64,000 nucleotides of DNA. Origin: Octopus sinensis (Eukaryota). Shown here in pieces: positions 1-14,370 of the stretch. The notes beneath the pieces were generated by a model, which saw only the letters and a program-made list of their open reading frames with translations, did no database searches and had not been told where the DNA came from. The position numbers and the translations under genes were made by a program. The stretch spans positions 38,750,001 through 38,814,000 of the forward strand of contig NC_043002.1 of NCBI RefSeq assembly GCF_006345805.1, in the 5' to 3' direction. The first letter of the stretch is position 1, and each line of letters begins with the position of its first letter.

Positions 1-52
1 CTGGAACATAACTCAGAGCTACTGTAGTAAACAATATCTCCCTCTAAACTGA

Positions 53-57
<5 letters not shown>

Positions 58-98
<41 letters not shown>

Positions 99-103
99 AT
101 ATA

Positions 104-159
<56 letters not shown>

Positions 160-175
160 AATATATATATATATG
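58..175. repeat. (TA)n microsatellite, representative of dozens of long TA, TG and TATG tracts in the window
   Basis: Read directly; contains occasional one-base phase slips. Confidence 0.97.
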
Positions 176-404
176 TTTCTTTATACCCACAAGGGGCTAA
201 ACATAGAAGGGACAAACAAGGACAGAAAATGGATTAAGTCGATTACAACGACCCCAGTGCGTAACTGGTACTTAATTTATCGACCCCCGAAAGGATGAAA
301 GGCAAAGTCGACCTCGGCGGAATTTTAACTCAGAACGTAGCGGCAGACGAAATAGGGCTACGCTTTTCGCCCGGCGTGCTAACGCTTCTGCCAGCTCGCC
401 GCCT
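176..404 (-). mobile_element. tRNA-derived SINE, family A (central domain resembling Meta/MESC type)
   Basis: Minus strand starts GGCGGCGAGCTGGCAGAA, has a B-box-like GAGTTAAAATTCC and the conserved GTCGACTTTGCCTTTCATCCTTTCGGGGGTCGATAAATTAAGTACCAG. About 12 related copies occur in the window. The domain name is from memory. Confidence 0.85.
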
Positions 405-445
405 TCTTTATATATATAAATATATATGTGTGTGTGTATGTGTGT

Positions 446-482
<37 letters not shown>

Positions 483-538
483 CTATACATATTGTTATTT
501 ACATATATATATGTGTCTCTCCCTCTCTCTCTCTACAC

Positions 539-570
<32 letters not shown>

Positions 571-966
571 ATGTATGTGTGTGTGCGTGTGTGTGTGTGT
601 GTAGTATAATCAAGAACATGAGTGTAGTGAAGTTGCCATCGTCAGTGGAAAAATCCAACGTTTCGGAGATAGTCGTTCTTCTTAGAAAAGTTGGCAGGAG
701 AGAAATTAAAATGAGAGACGGAACAGCATTACATACTCAAAATAAAAAGAAAAATATAACCGGCTGCAATATTAGTTTTTCCAACTTAAAAGATGTAAAT
801 CTCGACTGTCCCTCATTAATTTCTCACATCTGAAACTTTTGCTGAAGTAGGACTATGCGAAACGCTAGACTTCCCGCTCACCACGGCAAGTTCAGTGCCG
901 TTTACTAAATAATACAATTCTTGCAGTCGTAGATAAGTATTAGTCATTTTGGAGTGGGTCTGATTT

Positions 967-1006
<40 letters not shown>

Positions 1007-1070
1007 TGTGTGTGTATTAACATGCATGGTCACGCATACACGCACATACACGCACAAACACATATACAAG

Positions 1071-1845
1071 GCGGCGAGCTGGCAGAAACGTTAGCACTCC
1101 GGGCGAAATGCGTAGCCGTATTTCTTCTGTCTTTGTGTTCTGAGTTCAAATTCCGCCGAGGTCGACTTTGCCTTTCATCCTTTTGGGGTCGATAAATTAA
1201 GTACCAGTTACGCACTGGGGTCGATATAATCGACTTAATCCGTTTGTCAGTCCTTGTTTGTCCTCTCTGTGTTTAACACCTTGTGGGTAGTAAAGAAATG
1301 GGTATTTTTTCTGTCTTTATGTTCAAATTCCGCCGAGGTCGACTTTGCCTTTCATCCTTTCGGGGTCGATAAATTAAGTACCAGTTATGCACTGGGGTCG
1401 ATATAATCGACTTAATTCCTTTGTCAGTCCTTGTCTGTCCTCTCTGTGCTTAACACCTTGTGGGTAGTAAAGAAATAGGTATTTCTTCTGTCTTTATGTT
1501 CTGAGTTCAAATTCCGCCGAGGTCGACTTTGCCTTTCATCCTTTCGGGGTCGATAAATTAAGTACCAGTTACGCACTGGGGTCGATATAATCGACTTAAT
1601 TCCTTTGTCAGTCCTTGTCTGTCCTCTCTGTGCTTAACACCTTGTGGGTAGTAAAGAAATAGGTATTTCTTCTGTCTTTATGTTCTGAGTTCAAATTCCG
1701 CCGAGGTCGACTTTGCCTTTCATCCTTTCGGGGTCGATAAATTAAGTACCAGTTACGCACTGGGGTCGATATAATCGACTTAATTCCTTTGTCTGTCCTT
1801 GTTTGTACCATCTGTGTTTAGCACCTTGTGGGCAATAAAGAAATA
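1071..1845 (+). mobile_element. Family A SINE expanded into a 4-unit tandem array
   Basis: One head (1071-1117), then body units starting at 1118, 1302, 1479 and 1663 (periods 184, 177, 184 bp). Confidence 0.92.
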
Positions 1846-1905
1846 ACAAACACATATACAAGCATGCAAACACACATACATATACACACAAACATATACA
1901 CATAC

Positions 1906-1936
<31 letters not shown>

Positions 1937-2384
1937 ATGCGTGTGTATGCGCGCTCTGAAAGAGGGAAGAAGCAATAAGAAATCCATATGACGATATACA
2001 GAAGATTAAGCAGGTAAAAAATATTAATGATGCAAATATGAATTAGAAACTGAAATGATATGAATACGTTACAAGAAATAAGAGAGATTTGGGTTTAAGG
2101 AGGATTAAAATACACGTAAATCATGAATACGCATGTGTATGTACGTGTGTAAGTGTCTGTGCGTGTCTGTTGTTGTTGCGAATGCATGTTCTACTGTTGT
2201 TGCGAACGTGCGCCTGTAAATGTTTTGTTGTGTGTTGATGTGTGAAGGAGACTTGTGGAGGAGTCTGCTGACGTCAGAATCGTCATTTTGTAAGAGGATT
2301 GCCTAATGAACGCCTGTTTACGCAGAAACAGCACATGTGTTAATGAATAATTGAAAAGGCAAGTTCATTTAGAAGGAAAAACTA

Positions 2385-3480
<1,096 letters not shown>

Positions 3481-5082
3481 TTATCGTTATTACTGTTGAG
3501 ACACGTAAGTGAAGTGAAGTATGAAATATTGTTCATTACTGAGAACATCAACCTACCAGAATATTTATAACATAACAAGCTAGCAACACCAGTGCCACCA
3601 GTACCACCGGCATGATCACCGCTAACACATACAATCGTTTCCAGTATGTTACATAAGTGAAAAGAAAAGAAAGAAACGTTATTTATAGTTATTTACAGCA
3701 ATGAAAATCCATTAAAGCATATATGTCAATAATATAAATTTGCTACGCGAATGGTAAAAATAACTACAGGATCGCTGCTATCTGAAACATTTCACTCAGA
3801 AGAAAGAATATTTGTGATTCTTGGCGCATCTACCGGATCTTTTATTTATATGTACGCATAGTTCGGTGGCTGGGTGGGTGGGTGGGTTGATGGATTAATG
3901 GATTAACGAATGGGCGGATGGATATAAACAACTAAAAGCACAGTTAACAATATTGAAAGAAAAAACTTCTCTATTTACATGGATAAACAATTATATGGGT
4001 GGATAATTACCACACGATTCGACAGAAAACCCAGCGATCGGGTATTATCCGCGATGGACTAATTAGCTAAAGAAGAATGAGCAGAGATCGAGAATTCCAA
4101 ATTTTGAACATTGCATGTTCTATTCGACCGTACTGCGATTACCATATGCCAACAGATGGGATTAAGGCAGATCTATCGTAACGAGAAAAGCAATCGCAGC
4201 GAATATCGACAGACTCTCTAACTAAACACTGTCACTAAGTACAAACTGAATAATATATTTACTAACCACCAACTGCAGCTTTATGATAGATTAGGAGAAA
4301 TGGCGAGAAGATATATTGATGGGCAAGTGAATTACCTTTAAACACGAAATGGGAGTTGTAAGGGAAAAATTTCCTCATCGGTAAACATTTCTAGAACGCA
4401 AGTCTATCAAGCGCGAGGTTTTACTATGTAAAAACGCAGTGTGAAAAGCCATAGCATCAAGATACTGAAGGTTCCTTTCTCTGGCAATATAGTGTCATTT
4501 TGATGGGGGATCTGGATGCAAACAATGTGATACAATGTGATTAAATGAGCTAGGGAGAAAGTAATGTGCGAATGTCTATCCCAAAATTTATGCCATCAAC
4601 AGCGAAACGTCCCCGACTGTTGTTACATAACAACCGAAAAGGAAATTACCTGAGAGAGATGTGAAAGTTTGTTATAGCTACAGATTGCTTACGTTCCAAA
4701 AGGCTTCGTTGATTTTTTTTTCAAAAGCACAATCGACGCTGACATTGTACAACTGTCAGCCAGCCTGGCTGACAATTATACGTATAACCCTAGTTGCTAA
4801 AAAACCAGGATATGCATGTGGCCTCCAGTTAGTGGCATTTAGCATGCACGAATGTGATGTATAAATTATAAACAGGTTTCTTGAATACATTCCTCTAAGA
4901 TCACTGTGAATACACACAGAATATAGTAACTGAGCACCCGGCATGAGACAGACAGAAGTCTGGGGCTGTACTGTACAACTATTCATCATGAAGATATGCT
5001 TAAGGAAATGAAACAGCATCGCCGAAATCTGCTGATTTTGTGGCTCGACAATTAGAGGCTGCTTCTCAAAAAAGAAAAACAA

Positions 5083-5125
<43 letters not shown>

Positions 5126-5521
5126 ATAAATTAATTTGCAGTCCGGAAATACCATCTTTTAGTGGTACAGAGAAAATTTTGTTAAAAATTCCAGGGATTC
5201 TTTACTTGAAGTTCCTGGTCTGAACACATGCACATAATCATATATACACGTGTAAACAGTAATGTAAGGCCACACCCACTCAACGACAGCAGGTTTAAAC
5301 ACACCTGTACACATATACGCACATAACAGCAAATATACGTTTATACCAATAACAATTAATGCAGTTGGTTACGTTGGTAAATGTCTAAGCATCAAACTAG
5401 AAAAAGTAAAATTTTCAGTCGAAGGGGCCGGTAAACATTTATTTTACAAATATAATTTGTAAATAAATCATTAAAAAATCTGAAACCAGTTCATACCTTC
5501 AAGGAAGAATACTAATAAGCG

Positions 5522-5543
5522 TTAGGGTTAGGGTTAGGGTTAG
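5522..5543 (+). repeat. Short interstitial (TTAGGG)3.5
   Basis: TTAGGGTTAGGGTTAGGGTTAG read directly. Confidence 0.8.
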
Positions 5544-6118
5544 AATACATAGAGTGAAGGTGCACATACATGCATATATAAAAGAGGGAGAGAAAGGGAG
5601 AAAATGTTCTTCAGAAATGTATTGATAATTTATATATCGTCACCGAAATTATGAATATCAAAGTTGACCTTTGCGTGTTTTGAACCCACAGAGTGCCAGA
5701 TTTTTTGCGGCAAGGCATCTATCTGACTGAAATTCGCCGTATCTCTTTCTCTTCTTCTGCGGAAAATACTTGCTGTTGTCTGAAGTGTAAAGGGGTAGAT
5801 CGACTATGCCTTTTAGAACGCCATGACGGTACCCTTGTGACACTGTCAATAACTGTGAATCCAAAGTGTGTGTATGCGCGTGTGTGTGTGTTTGCGTGTG
5901 TGTGTGTGTGTGTGCGTGTCTGTCTGTGTGTGCGCGCACGCATATGCGTGCGTGTGTATGTGTGTCCTGTAAACATAATCCAGTGCTCCTGTTTTTGTTT
6001 CTGATTTCGCATTAGTTGTTGTTGCTTCTGCTGTTGTAATTCCTCTGGGTCTTTTTCTTTTTTATATATCACTTTTGAAGTTAACTATGAATTTCTCTTC
6101 GATGTTTATGTTTGTGTC

Positions 6119-6279
6119 TACTACTACTACTACTAATAATAATAATAATAATATAATAATAATAATAATAACAATAATAATAATAATAACAATAATAATA
6201 ATAATAACAATAATAATAATAATAATATAATAATAATAATAATAATATAATAATAACAATAATGATAATAATAATAATA

Positions 6280-6377
<98 letters not shown>

Positions 6378-6378
6378 C
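6119..6378. repeat. (ACT)n/(AAT)n microsatellite
   Basis: Read directly. Confidence 0.95.
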
Positions 6379-6849
6379 CTGCTGTTACTTCTAATACTTG
6401 TAATACTATTACAAGTGACGGTGGTTGTGCTGGTGTCTACATTAACAACAACTGCCAACTTTTTATATTTTCACTTTTATTTTCCGCTTTATTTATTTAT
6501 GATTATTTTATTAATTCGTTTATTTTTTTTTATGTTCTTAGAAGCACCTGCCATTGAATAGTTTCCATTCCATATCTCTGCAAGCTATCAAGACACTTTG
6601 TTATGTGGTGAATGATTCAATCCCCTGCGGCATCCTCAGATGTCCCAAGAATTTGCCAGCACTTTGCTGCTTCTTTATCATATCCCTATCGACTGTCAGC
6701 CTTCAGGCGCTCCTTCCGTTCTGTGAAAATTCCAATGCCTGTATTTTATTGTGTGCTTTATTTGTTTTATGTATATAGTTATGTAATTATTTATTTATTT
6801 AATTTTTTTTATATACAGATGGTTTCATCTGCATTTCAGGAATGTATCT

Positions 6850-8120
6850 GAAGTATTGTTCTCCCGTGATGATTCCTATCAAAATTCTGGTTAGACGATA
6901 TGATCTTCTATGGGTAGAGTACGTGGGTTTTTTTTTAATTATATAACCTGTTGAGAAGGTCACAAAATCTTCGGTAGATAAGTCTGTGAGATGTTATATT
7001 TTAAGTCAAGTAGCAATGTTGACCAAGATCGTTAAAATAGGTATTAGACAAGTACTAAACGTCATTATATCGATTTCTTCTCCAAAATGTATACTGTCGT
7101 TTTCCCTCGTTCTTGAAATATAGACAATAAGAACGATTAATCTGAAGTTATTAGGGTTAGAGGAGTTGCTCGTTTTAAGGGTGAGACACACTCTCATCAG
7201 GGTTTGATATTCCTAAACAAAAGGATAAAGAGCTTGGTAAGAATCCGAGCCAGCTCAGACACACATTTTAAGATTAACAGAGGGAACACCGTCAAGATTT
7301 CAACAACTTGGATGATTGAAGAAGTTGATGCTGATCTCAGCTCGTCCCTGATTGAGCCAACCCAATTGCTGGAAATATTTTTACATTTCACTACGTTATG
7401 CGCTAAGTGATAAGATGTGTGGGCTCCAGAAGGGAATTCTGATTAAGTTTAATTACAAGTGCACAATGTGGAGTTGATAGACAATGAGGCACAACTGTAT
7501 TTCTTTTCTTTATTTTGGGGTTTGGTCAGATTAAGGTGTATTTATAGGACCGCAGTGGTGATAAATTGACAAGTGAAAAAAGTTTGTGAAGTTATTAGAA
7601 ATTATTTTAGCAAGGATACTTTTGAGAGGAGAGACTAACCGAAGATCGTACAGGAAATGGATGTATAGTTTACCTTTCAGGCATTCAGTTAGTGACTAAA
7701 TATCTCTTAGCTTTATTAGTGGGTGAATGAATTTTTCGAGATGTTGTTCTCAGAATTCGTCCTTTGAACAACTGCAATGAAGTAAGTGTAAACTGGCTGA
7801 AAATGGTGGAGATATGAGCTTCAGTTTTGTAAGGGTTTTATGTATATGACGGGACGTGACAAGGCTGCTGATGTTAGTCAAACAATTATCCATTTAGAAC
7901 AGATCAGAAGTGAAGAACGTTGATTACAAAGGCTAGTCAACGCATGTGTGTTTTTAGATGTATCCTTAAAGATAATGTCACATATAACATAAAGGGGAAC
8001 TATATTTCGGCTAAGCCGTATCTGGTACGAGTCATTTACTCGAAAGTGGAAGATTTTAACTTTATTAACATCCGCATTGTCCTTGAGAAAGACGTATATG
8101 TGGCAGCTTTTCTCCAACAC
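6850..8120 (-). mobile_element. Highly decayed CR1/L2/Jockey-group LINE reverse-transcriptase remnant
   Basis: Minus-strand peptides LILKCVSELARILTKLF (compare LKECASELAPILTKLF) and SNPNNFRLIVL (compare DPNNYRPISL) occur in the correct order; many stops and frameshifts. Confidence 0.55.
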
Positions 8121-9899
8121 ACTAATATTTAGCTCGAACTTTAAGAAAAAAGAAGTCTTATCTTCGTAACAAACGAAGAGAAAGAAGAAATTTACTCACT
8201 GAGCGAGACTATTCCCGGCTTAGATTTCCTGGGGAGAATTCTTTCACTTCATTTAGGGAAAGTTACAAACTAATTTCTACTTCTGCTAAAAGATTCCGTT
8301 TAAACACTTACGTCAAAAATAATTATTCTCACCCGCAAGCATTTGTAGGCCACAAAAGTACAGGTGAACTTCAAATGATTCTATTCATTAAATTTCTGAA
8401 TTAGATTTATTCGTTCCTTATCTCCTCCGTGGGTTTGTGAAGAGAGGTAGAGATGAGAAAATTTTGCAGTGATTTTATCACTAAACAACAACACAACAAA
8501 GACACAGGATTAAGTTACGATACGTGAATATTTAAGTATTTCGACTCCTCAAAGATCTGATAAGATATTTAAAATGTTCCAACTTTATTTTAACACCCGG
8601 AGGTGTAGACGTCAAAGGAGTTAATGTCAAGGAAAAATAAAAATATATTCTTATGAATGTGTGAGGAGTACTCTAGGCCCCTAGATAGGCTGCTGATGAA
8701 TATTTCAACAGTTTTCAAGAGATTATCTCATTGCACAAACATGTAAGGTTCATCCTTCTTTCTTGTTTGCTTTTTTACCACAGTCATGCTGAGGTATCAC
8801 CTCGAAGGGATTTCGTTGATCTTACTGATGCTAGTAGTATTTTAGTCAGTTGCTCACTGTATCGTTCTCCACTTATCAAATCACCAAGAAATATTTTGGA
8901 CATAAAGGAAAGCATTTCAACATCAAATAACGACTGCACATTCTAAACGCCAACGCGATCAGACACACGCGCTGCGCGCGCATACATGCACACACTCTCA
9001 TACGCATATGTATATGCCTTTGTGTTTGTTTGTTTGTGTGTGTGTGTGTATGTGAGTGTGTGTGTGTGCGCGCGTGTGCGTGTGTAGACGAACTCTATCA
9101 CAAAAGTTTTTAATTTTTAAAAAGAACAAAAGTTTTTTTCGTAATCTGTGTCAGTTGGAAACTTCGTCAATGCTTCAAATATTGGCGCTTAAGATAGAGA
9201 AGAGGAAAATTAAAAAAGGAGTGAAGAATTTGCTTGTGTAACCCGCGTAGTTTTTTTATAAGTAAATGATATGAATCACTAATTGGCAAATCGATTCCGT
9301 GAGAATTGGTTTCAAATGTGAGATATTGGTCCCATATCAAAACCTAGTGTTGGCATATCAAGTCAACTGACCGTTCCTTTTACGAACCTTGTTCTGAATT
9401 GTCCAACACGACGGCCACCCATAGTGACCCTAACGAAAATTTCACTCATTCTGGAATTAACAGTCAATATTTTCTACTAACAACTTCCATCTCCTTTCAA
9501 TCTTCACCTAGACATACAGACATACGTATATTTATTACATTCAAATCTTCCAGTCGTTCATTAATACATAATGTCGTACTCCCAGTCACCCAATAACATC
9601 TGTATGTTTCTGCCTAATTCTTCCTTCGTTTTGTACAGGGGTAGTTAGCTGTCAGATCGTTCATTATAAGAATTCTTTCAACTGTCTAGTGAGCTCTTTA
9701 AAAATATTTGAAAGCTTATGTTATCTATGCAACTTAATCTGTAGTGAAGTTGGTATTACAAAAAATAGTAGCCAGAGTAAGGACGAGGAAATACAAGTCC
9801 AGTGAGCGCTTGTTCTTTGGTATCAAAGGGCATCTCCCACCGAATGAAGGCCAAATTGTATTGTGTTTGTGCAGAATAGGTGAAATATTGCATGTTACC

Positions 9900-10190
9900 G
9901 AAACATGTTAGCGAAGATAGAACTCTGAAAAGACCTAAATGAGATGAGACTAGCATGCTCCGTTGAATGCATGATATTAGATGATATTAGCATGCAAGAA
10001 CGATGAAACATAAAAATTTGAGAAAAAGAACGGATATACAAGAAGTCAGATATCGTATATAAGAAAGGAAACTGGAAGTGTTACGTATGCAGCATGACAG
10101 TTCCGTTGAATAAAGAAGTACTAAGCGTACGGAGTCTGTCTATTGAAGCAAAAGACAGTTTATATGGGAGGGATCTAGATATATCGTAGA
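9900..10190 (+). mobile_element. Decayed RTE-like LINE fragment, C-terminal ORF region
   Basis: ACTAGCATGCTCCGTTGAATG (SMLR, Trp codon mutated) and downstream residues resemble the RTE RMLRW region; weak similarity. Confidence 0.4.
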
Positions 10191-11274
10191 TTTTTAAAAA
10201 TATAATATAGTTCTTCACAAAATCCTTATTTAAATTTCAGTGTCTTGAATATCGTCATTTTGCTAGAAACAATTATGGTTTATACACAGTACTAGTTTTT
10301 GCTATTTTGTTCTGAACTGTTACGCTTAAAACAGACTCCATTTTAATTTTCTTTGTGACGTGAATCAATAAATTTTAGTTTCATTTCTACTGCACCACGA
10401 AGTCAAACAGATTGGGAACCTCTACACAATGTTCATGTCGTACTACTAAACCTATGCTACAGTAAAAAGTTAATACATCACTTTCGCATCTCATGGTTTC
10501 ACAAGTAATTTCAGCCATTTACTATCTGAATTAGTTGTTTCACTACATACATAACCCTCAGTCGCCTTAGTCAGGCAGACCTCTTATGAAAAGAGTTCGG
10601 TTATTTTCTTCAAGTATTCAATTTCCCCTTCGTTTTCTACATAATTAAAAATAAATTGATTGTAACTTACTTACTATTTCTGTCTGGTCCATAACTAAAA
10701 GAATTGATTCTTATTGATTCAATTCATTTGGGCACATAACGTAACATGGTATATTTTATAACATTTTAGAGTGCATTGCGATAAAATTCTTTAGGTAAAT
10801 TCGCAGTGTATATATTTCTTTAAAATAACCTGGTGGCTGTTTATGACAGTTATTTCATAATACAAAAGAGCAGCAGTAAAGAACGAAGAAAAATAGAAAC
10901 TTTCAACACATAATTACTGGTGCAAGTCGGTTTTGAGTGGCTGTCATTAATGGCAAAGCGCGTAACTTAGTATTTCGATACAGATGGATAAAATATTTAT
11001 CAGAATGCAAGATCATTTTTTTTTCTTTTTCATAAATTGCGTTTTCTTATCTTTTAGTCAAGAGTGAAGAGAGTGTCCATTAGCCATTACAGAGAAAAGT
11101 ATCCTCACCTAGTTCGAACGCTTGCCACAGAACGGAACCCGCGCGGAACCCCTAGTGAGAGTTTGGTTATAGACAGGACGATGGATTGAGCCTCCTACCC
11201 AAGTAGGGTCTGTAAAGATTTGGACTCATAATGAAAAGATTAGAAACAATAACAATATTACGTCCTATTAATTC

Positions 11275-11410
11275 ACCAAATTCGATTAGTACTTTTCATT
11301 GACTTTGATAGGTTACAAAGAAAAGTAATGGCGGAATTTGAACTCAGAGCGCAAAATGTCGGCTGAAATATTGCGAAGCATTCTGTTCGCCGCTCTTACG
11401 AGTCTGGCAA
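11275..11410 (-). mobile_element. Old family A SINE fragment
   Basis: GGCGGAATTTGAACTCAGA matches the reverse complement of the family B-box region. Confidence 0.6.
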
Positions 11411-12082
11411 TTCAGATGATGATGATGATGATGATATGGAATGCTAGTGAATACTGGAATTAGTTGTGGAATGTTGCTTCTAGTAGGGTGGAGTAAAAAA
11501 TACGAGGGGTGAATTATCTGTCGGCCATTCGCAATAAAGGAAGAGGAAAGAAGTTTGAGTAGCAACAGGCAGGTGTTTGCAGTTGTATGTCAGTAATTTA
11601 CTTATTGCACAAAATGCCAACATTGCAATGTTTTACATCTTTGCGAGACGACTCACAGATTGGTATATATACATAGAGAGAGCATTTGCAAATTGAAATC
11701 AACAAGTAACCTCTGTTCAGTTGTAATTAATCCTTATTTCAAGACAATCATTGCTGTCGGAAGATAATTTGTTTGATTTTACTATATATTCGATTAGTCA
11801 GCATGTCTTTTAAGACAACAGATCTTAAAACAAACTTACACTATTGCTTTTCTAGTTGTTCCACATTTATTTTGTTTGGATTCAGGTCAAATTTTAAGAC
11901 ATTCTAGAAATTCTAAGCAAGCAATAGCTTTAACATTAATGTTGTTGAACACACTGATGATTGTTTCGAGCACTGGGTATTAAAATCAAAGAGATCTATT
12001 TTCATGTTTCCTTGTTTGTTAGATGTGACTTCCGGCAGCCGTCTTCTACACTGTTCCAAAATTCATGACAAATACTGCTTAC

Positions 12083-12117
<35 letters not shown>

Positions 12118-12240
12118 ATGAATGAATAAATAAATAAATAAACAAAGTTCTGTTAGGCATTCTCGACAAGCAACAAAAAATAGAGAGCATCTATCTCAGT
12201 GGAATTATATTTTAGGAATAATTGTCCTCTTTGAAGGAAG

Positions 12241-13187
12241 TCAGCTTTTGTCATCTTCCAATACAGAAGTGATTTGTATAGTTTGCGATGAATTCCGTTG
12301 CTTCAGGACCTGCAAAACTAAAGTGAAAGAAAATTCGATAATCATCCTACACAGAACAATCCGTCAAGGAATAGGGTCAGTGTGCAGAATAATTAAGTCC
12401 AGAAGGAGAATAAATATACAGTCGAATTCAATAGATAAGAGGTGCAGGAAAGTAGCATACCTTGATAAGAAGCATGGTAACATTATTACTGTAAGCAACA
12501 GTTGAACTATACTTATCTACACAATTAGAATGTTATAAAACAATAACGCAATTCGAATTATACTGCATATTGGTAATTCAACCGCGAACAACTATACAAG
12601 GCACAATGGAATAGGGTTTCCATATCTGTGATGATACAATTGCTCTTACAATCTAGACTGTACCTAGACGAAAGTTTCCGCCCCGCGTCACATATGTCTT
12701 GTCTCTTCTTTCTGCCTTGTCTATCCTTATTACAATGTCCTGTACTCTTCAGAGTTATCTACCTCTATATTATTACCATCACAAGTACAACCCTAATCGC
12801 AACCTACGTCCACCTGACGCACCTTTCCACTCCTTTTCTCATCACCCGTTACATGTCTCAGAAGTCAGCAACCTGGCAGAATCTTTGGCACGCTGGATAA
12901 AATGCTGAACAGCATCTCTTCCAGCTTTACGTTCCTGGTTCAAATGCCATTGCGGTCGACTTTGCATTTCATTATTTCCGGTGTTGATAAAATAAGTACC
13001 AATTATGCACTAGGTTCGATGTCATCGACTTAGCTCATCATTAAAATTGTTGGCCTGCTGCCAAAATTTAAAATAATAGTGTATCTCTCTTCCCAGAACC
13101 TACTCTAATCCATTGTCTCTTCTCCATCCATTCCATGCACATACTGCGTAAACCCTTTGGAATGTCCACCCCAAACCATTTTCCCCT
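12241..13187 (-). CDS. Candidate 3-exon terminal chain of an unidentified gene (13187-13145, 12488-12461, 12309-12241)
   Basis: Canonical CAG acceptors and GTATGT/GTATGC donors with compatible phases give GKMVWGGHSKGFTH-NNVTMLLIK-VLKQRNSSQTIQITSVLEDDKS*. No recognisable homology. Confidence 0.2.
12867..13050 (+). mobile_element. Old family A SINE
   Basis: CTGGCAGAATC...GTTCAAATGCC...GTCGACTTTGCATTTCAT...GATAAAATAAGTACC. Confidence 0.75.
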
Positions 13188-14004
13188 CTGCAAGAGTAGA
13201 TTAAGCATTAACTGTATTGATTTTACCCCTCTGAAAATATCTATTGCGAAATATCTTGGGCACGACTCGTTGCTCCCCAAATAAAGACCATAAAAACATA
13301 ACAAACGATGATGCTTGAGCTAATTAAGGGAAACTTACAGGAAAGTTCGCCTCCTTCTGACAATAAGAAGTGATGATCCGCCACTCGAAAAAGGTTAACC
13401 TTCAGTTATTTACAAAGATATTGTTGCCATACTATGGTGCAAAATCTTTGAAACCAGTATTTCACTCCTTGTTATGTAGCGGTCCATTCACGCAACTCTG
13501 TATCTACCAACATGAAGTTCATTCTAACACGGGGCCATCACATGGTCACTCGACAGTCAAGAAGTAACAGCAAAAGTTACGCACTATCGTATCAAAAAGA
13601 GGGAAGATATTTTATAATGTATTCCTTTTCGAGCACATTACGACTTTTCTGTTAATCACATTATCAATGCTCCCTTGCTTACGATACAAACATTTCTCCC
13701 CATTTTTAATGTATATACGTATATACACGTAATATAAATTTGTAGCACCTTCCATTATGGGCTCTAGTCTGGTGCGCGTAACTAGCATCACTAATATCCT
13801 GGCATCACACTAATATAACCGAATATTTGAAGCGCTTCTAAGTAGATATTCTTTGGCATGTAGATTTGATCAGCCAATTACGCGTTCTTTGTGCTCCATT
13901 AGGTTTATTTACTTATTCACATTTGAACACATCCTATTATCAATGCTGATGTTGTTTCTGCTATTGTCATTAATCTTTGTTTTTCTGATTGTGGTTAGCA
14001 AGTG

Positions 14005-14370
14005 GTTTACAGAAATATTAGAGGGGTGGATGCACGGTAAGAAGTTTACTTCCCAACCATATGGTTCTGAGTTCAATCCTACTGTGTGACACCTTGAGCT
14101 TTTATTATAACTTCGGATGACCAATGCCTTGTGAGTGGATTTGGAAATTGAAAGAAGCCCGTTGTATACCGGTGTGTGTGTGTGTGAGTGTGAATGTGCG
14201 CGCGTGTCTGTCTTTCTTCTGGGCACAGCTTGACAACCAACTTATTAGCGGTTAAGCAAGATGAGACCGATAGAATAAGTACCAGAATTTTTTTAAAGTT
14301 CTTCAGAGTGGTGCTTCAGCATGGCCGCAGTCTAATGGCTGAAACGAATAAGAGATAAAAGATAAAAGAT
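14005..14370 (+). mobile_element. Old family B (CORE-type) SINE
   Basis: GTGTGACACCTTGAGC, GACCAATGCCTTGTGAGTGGATTTGG and the GCATGGCCGCAGTC tail shared with younger copies. Confidence 0.75.

Noticed and set aside
1118-1845. CRISPR-like or satellite-gene array
   Set aside because: Units are contiguous SINE bodies with no unique spacers, in a eukaryotic context.
5522-5543. Telomere fusion or healing site
   Set aside because: Only 3.5 units, with no head-to-head arrangement or subtelomeric context.
5658-5870. Protein-like open frames on both strands (for example GYRHGVLKGIVDLPLY)
   Set aside because: Several frames are equally plausible, there is no convincing donor, and no family is recognisable.
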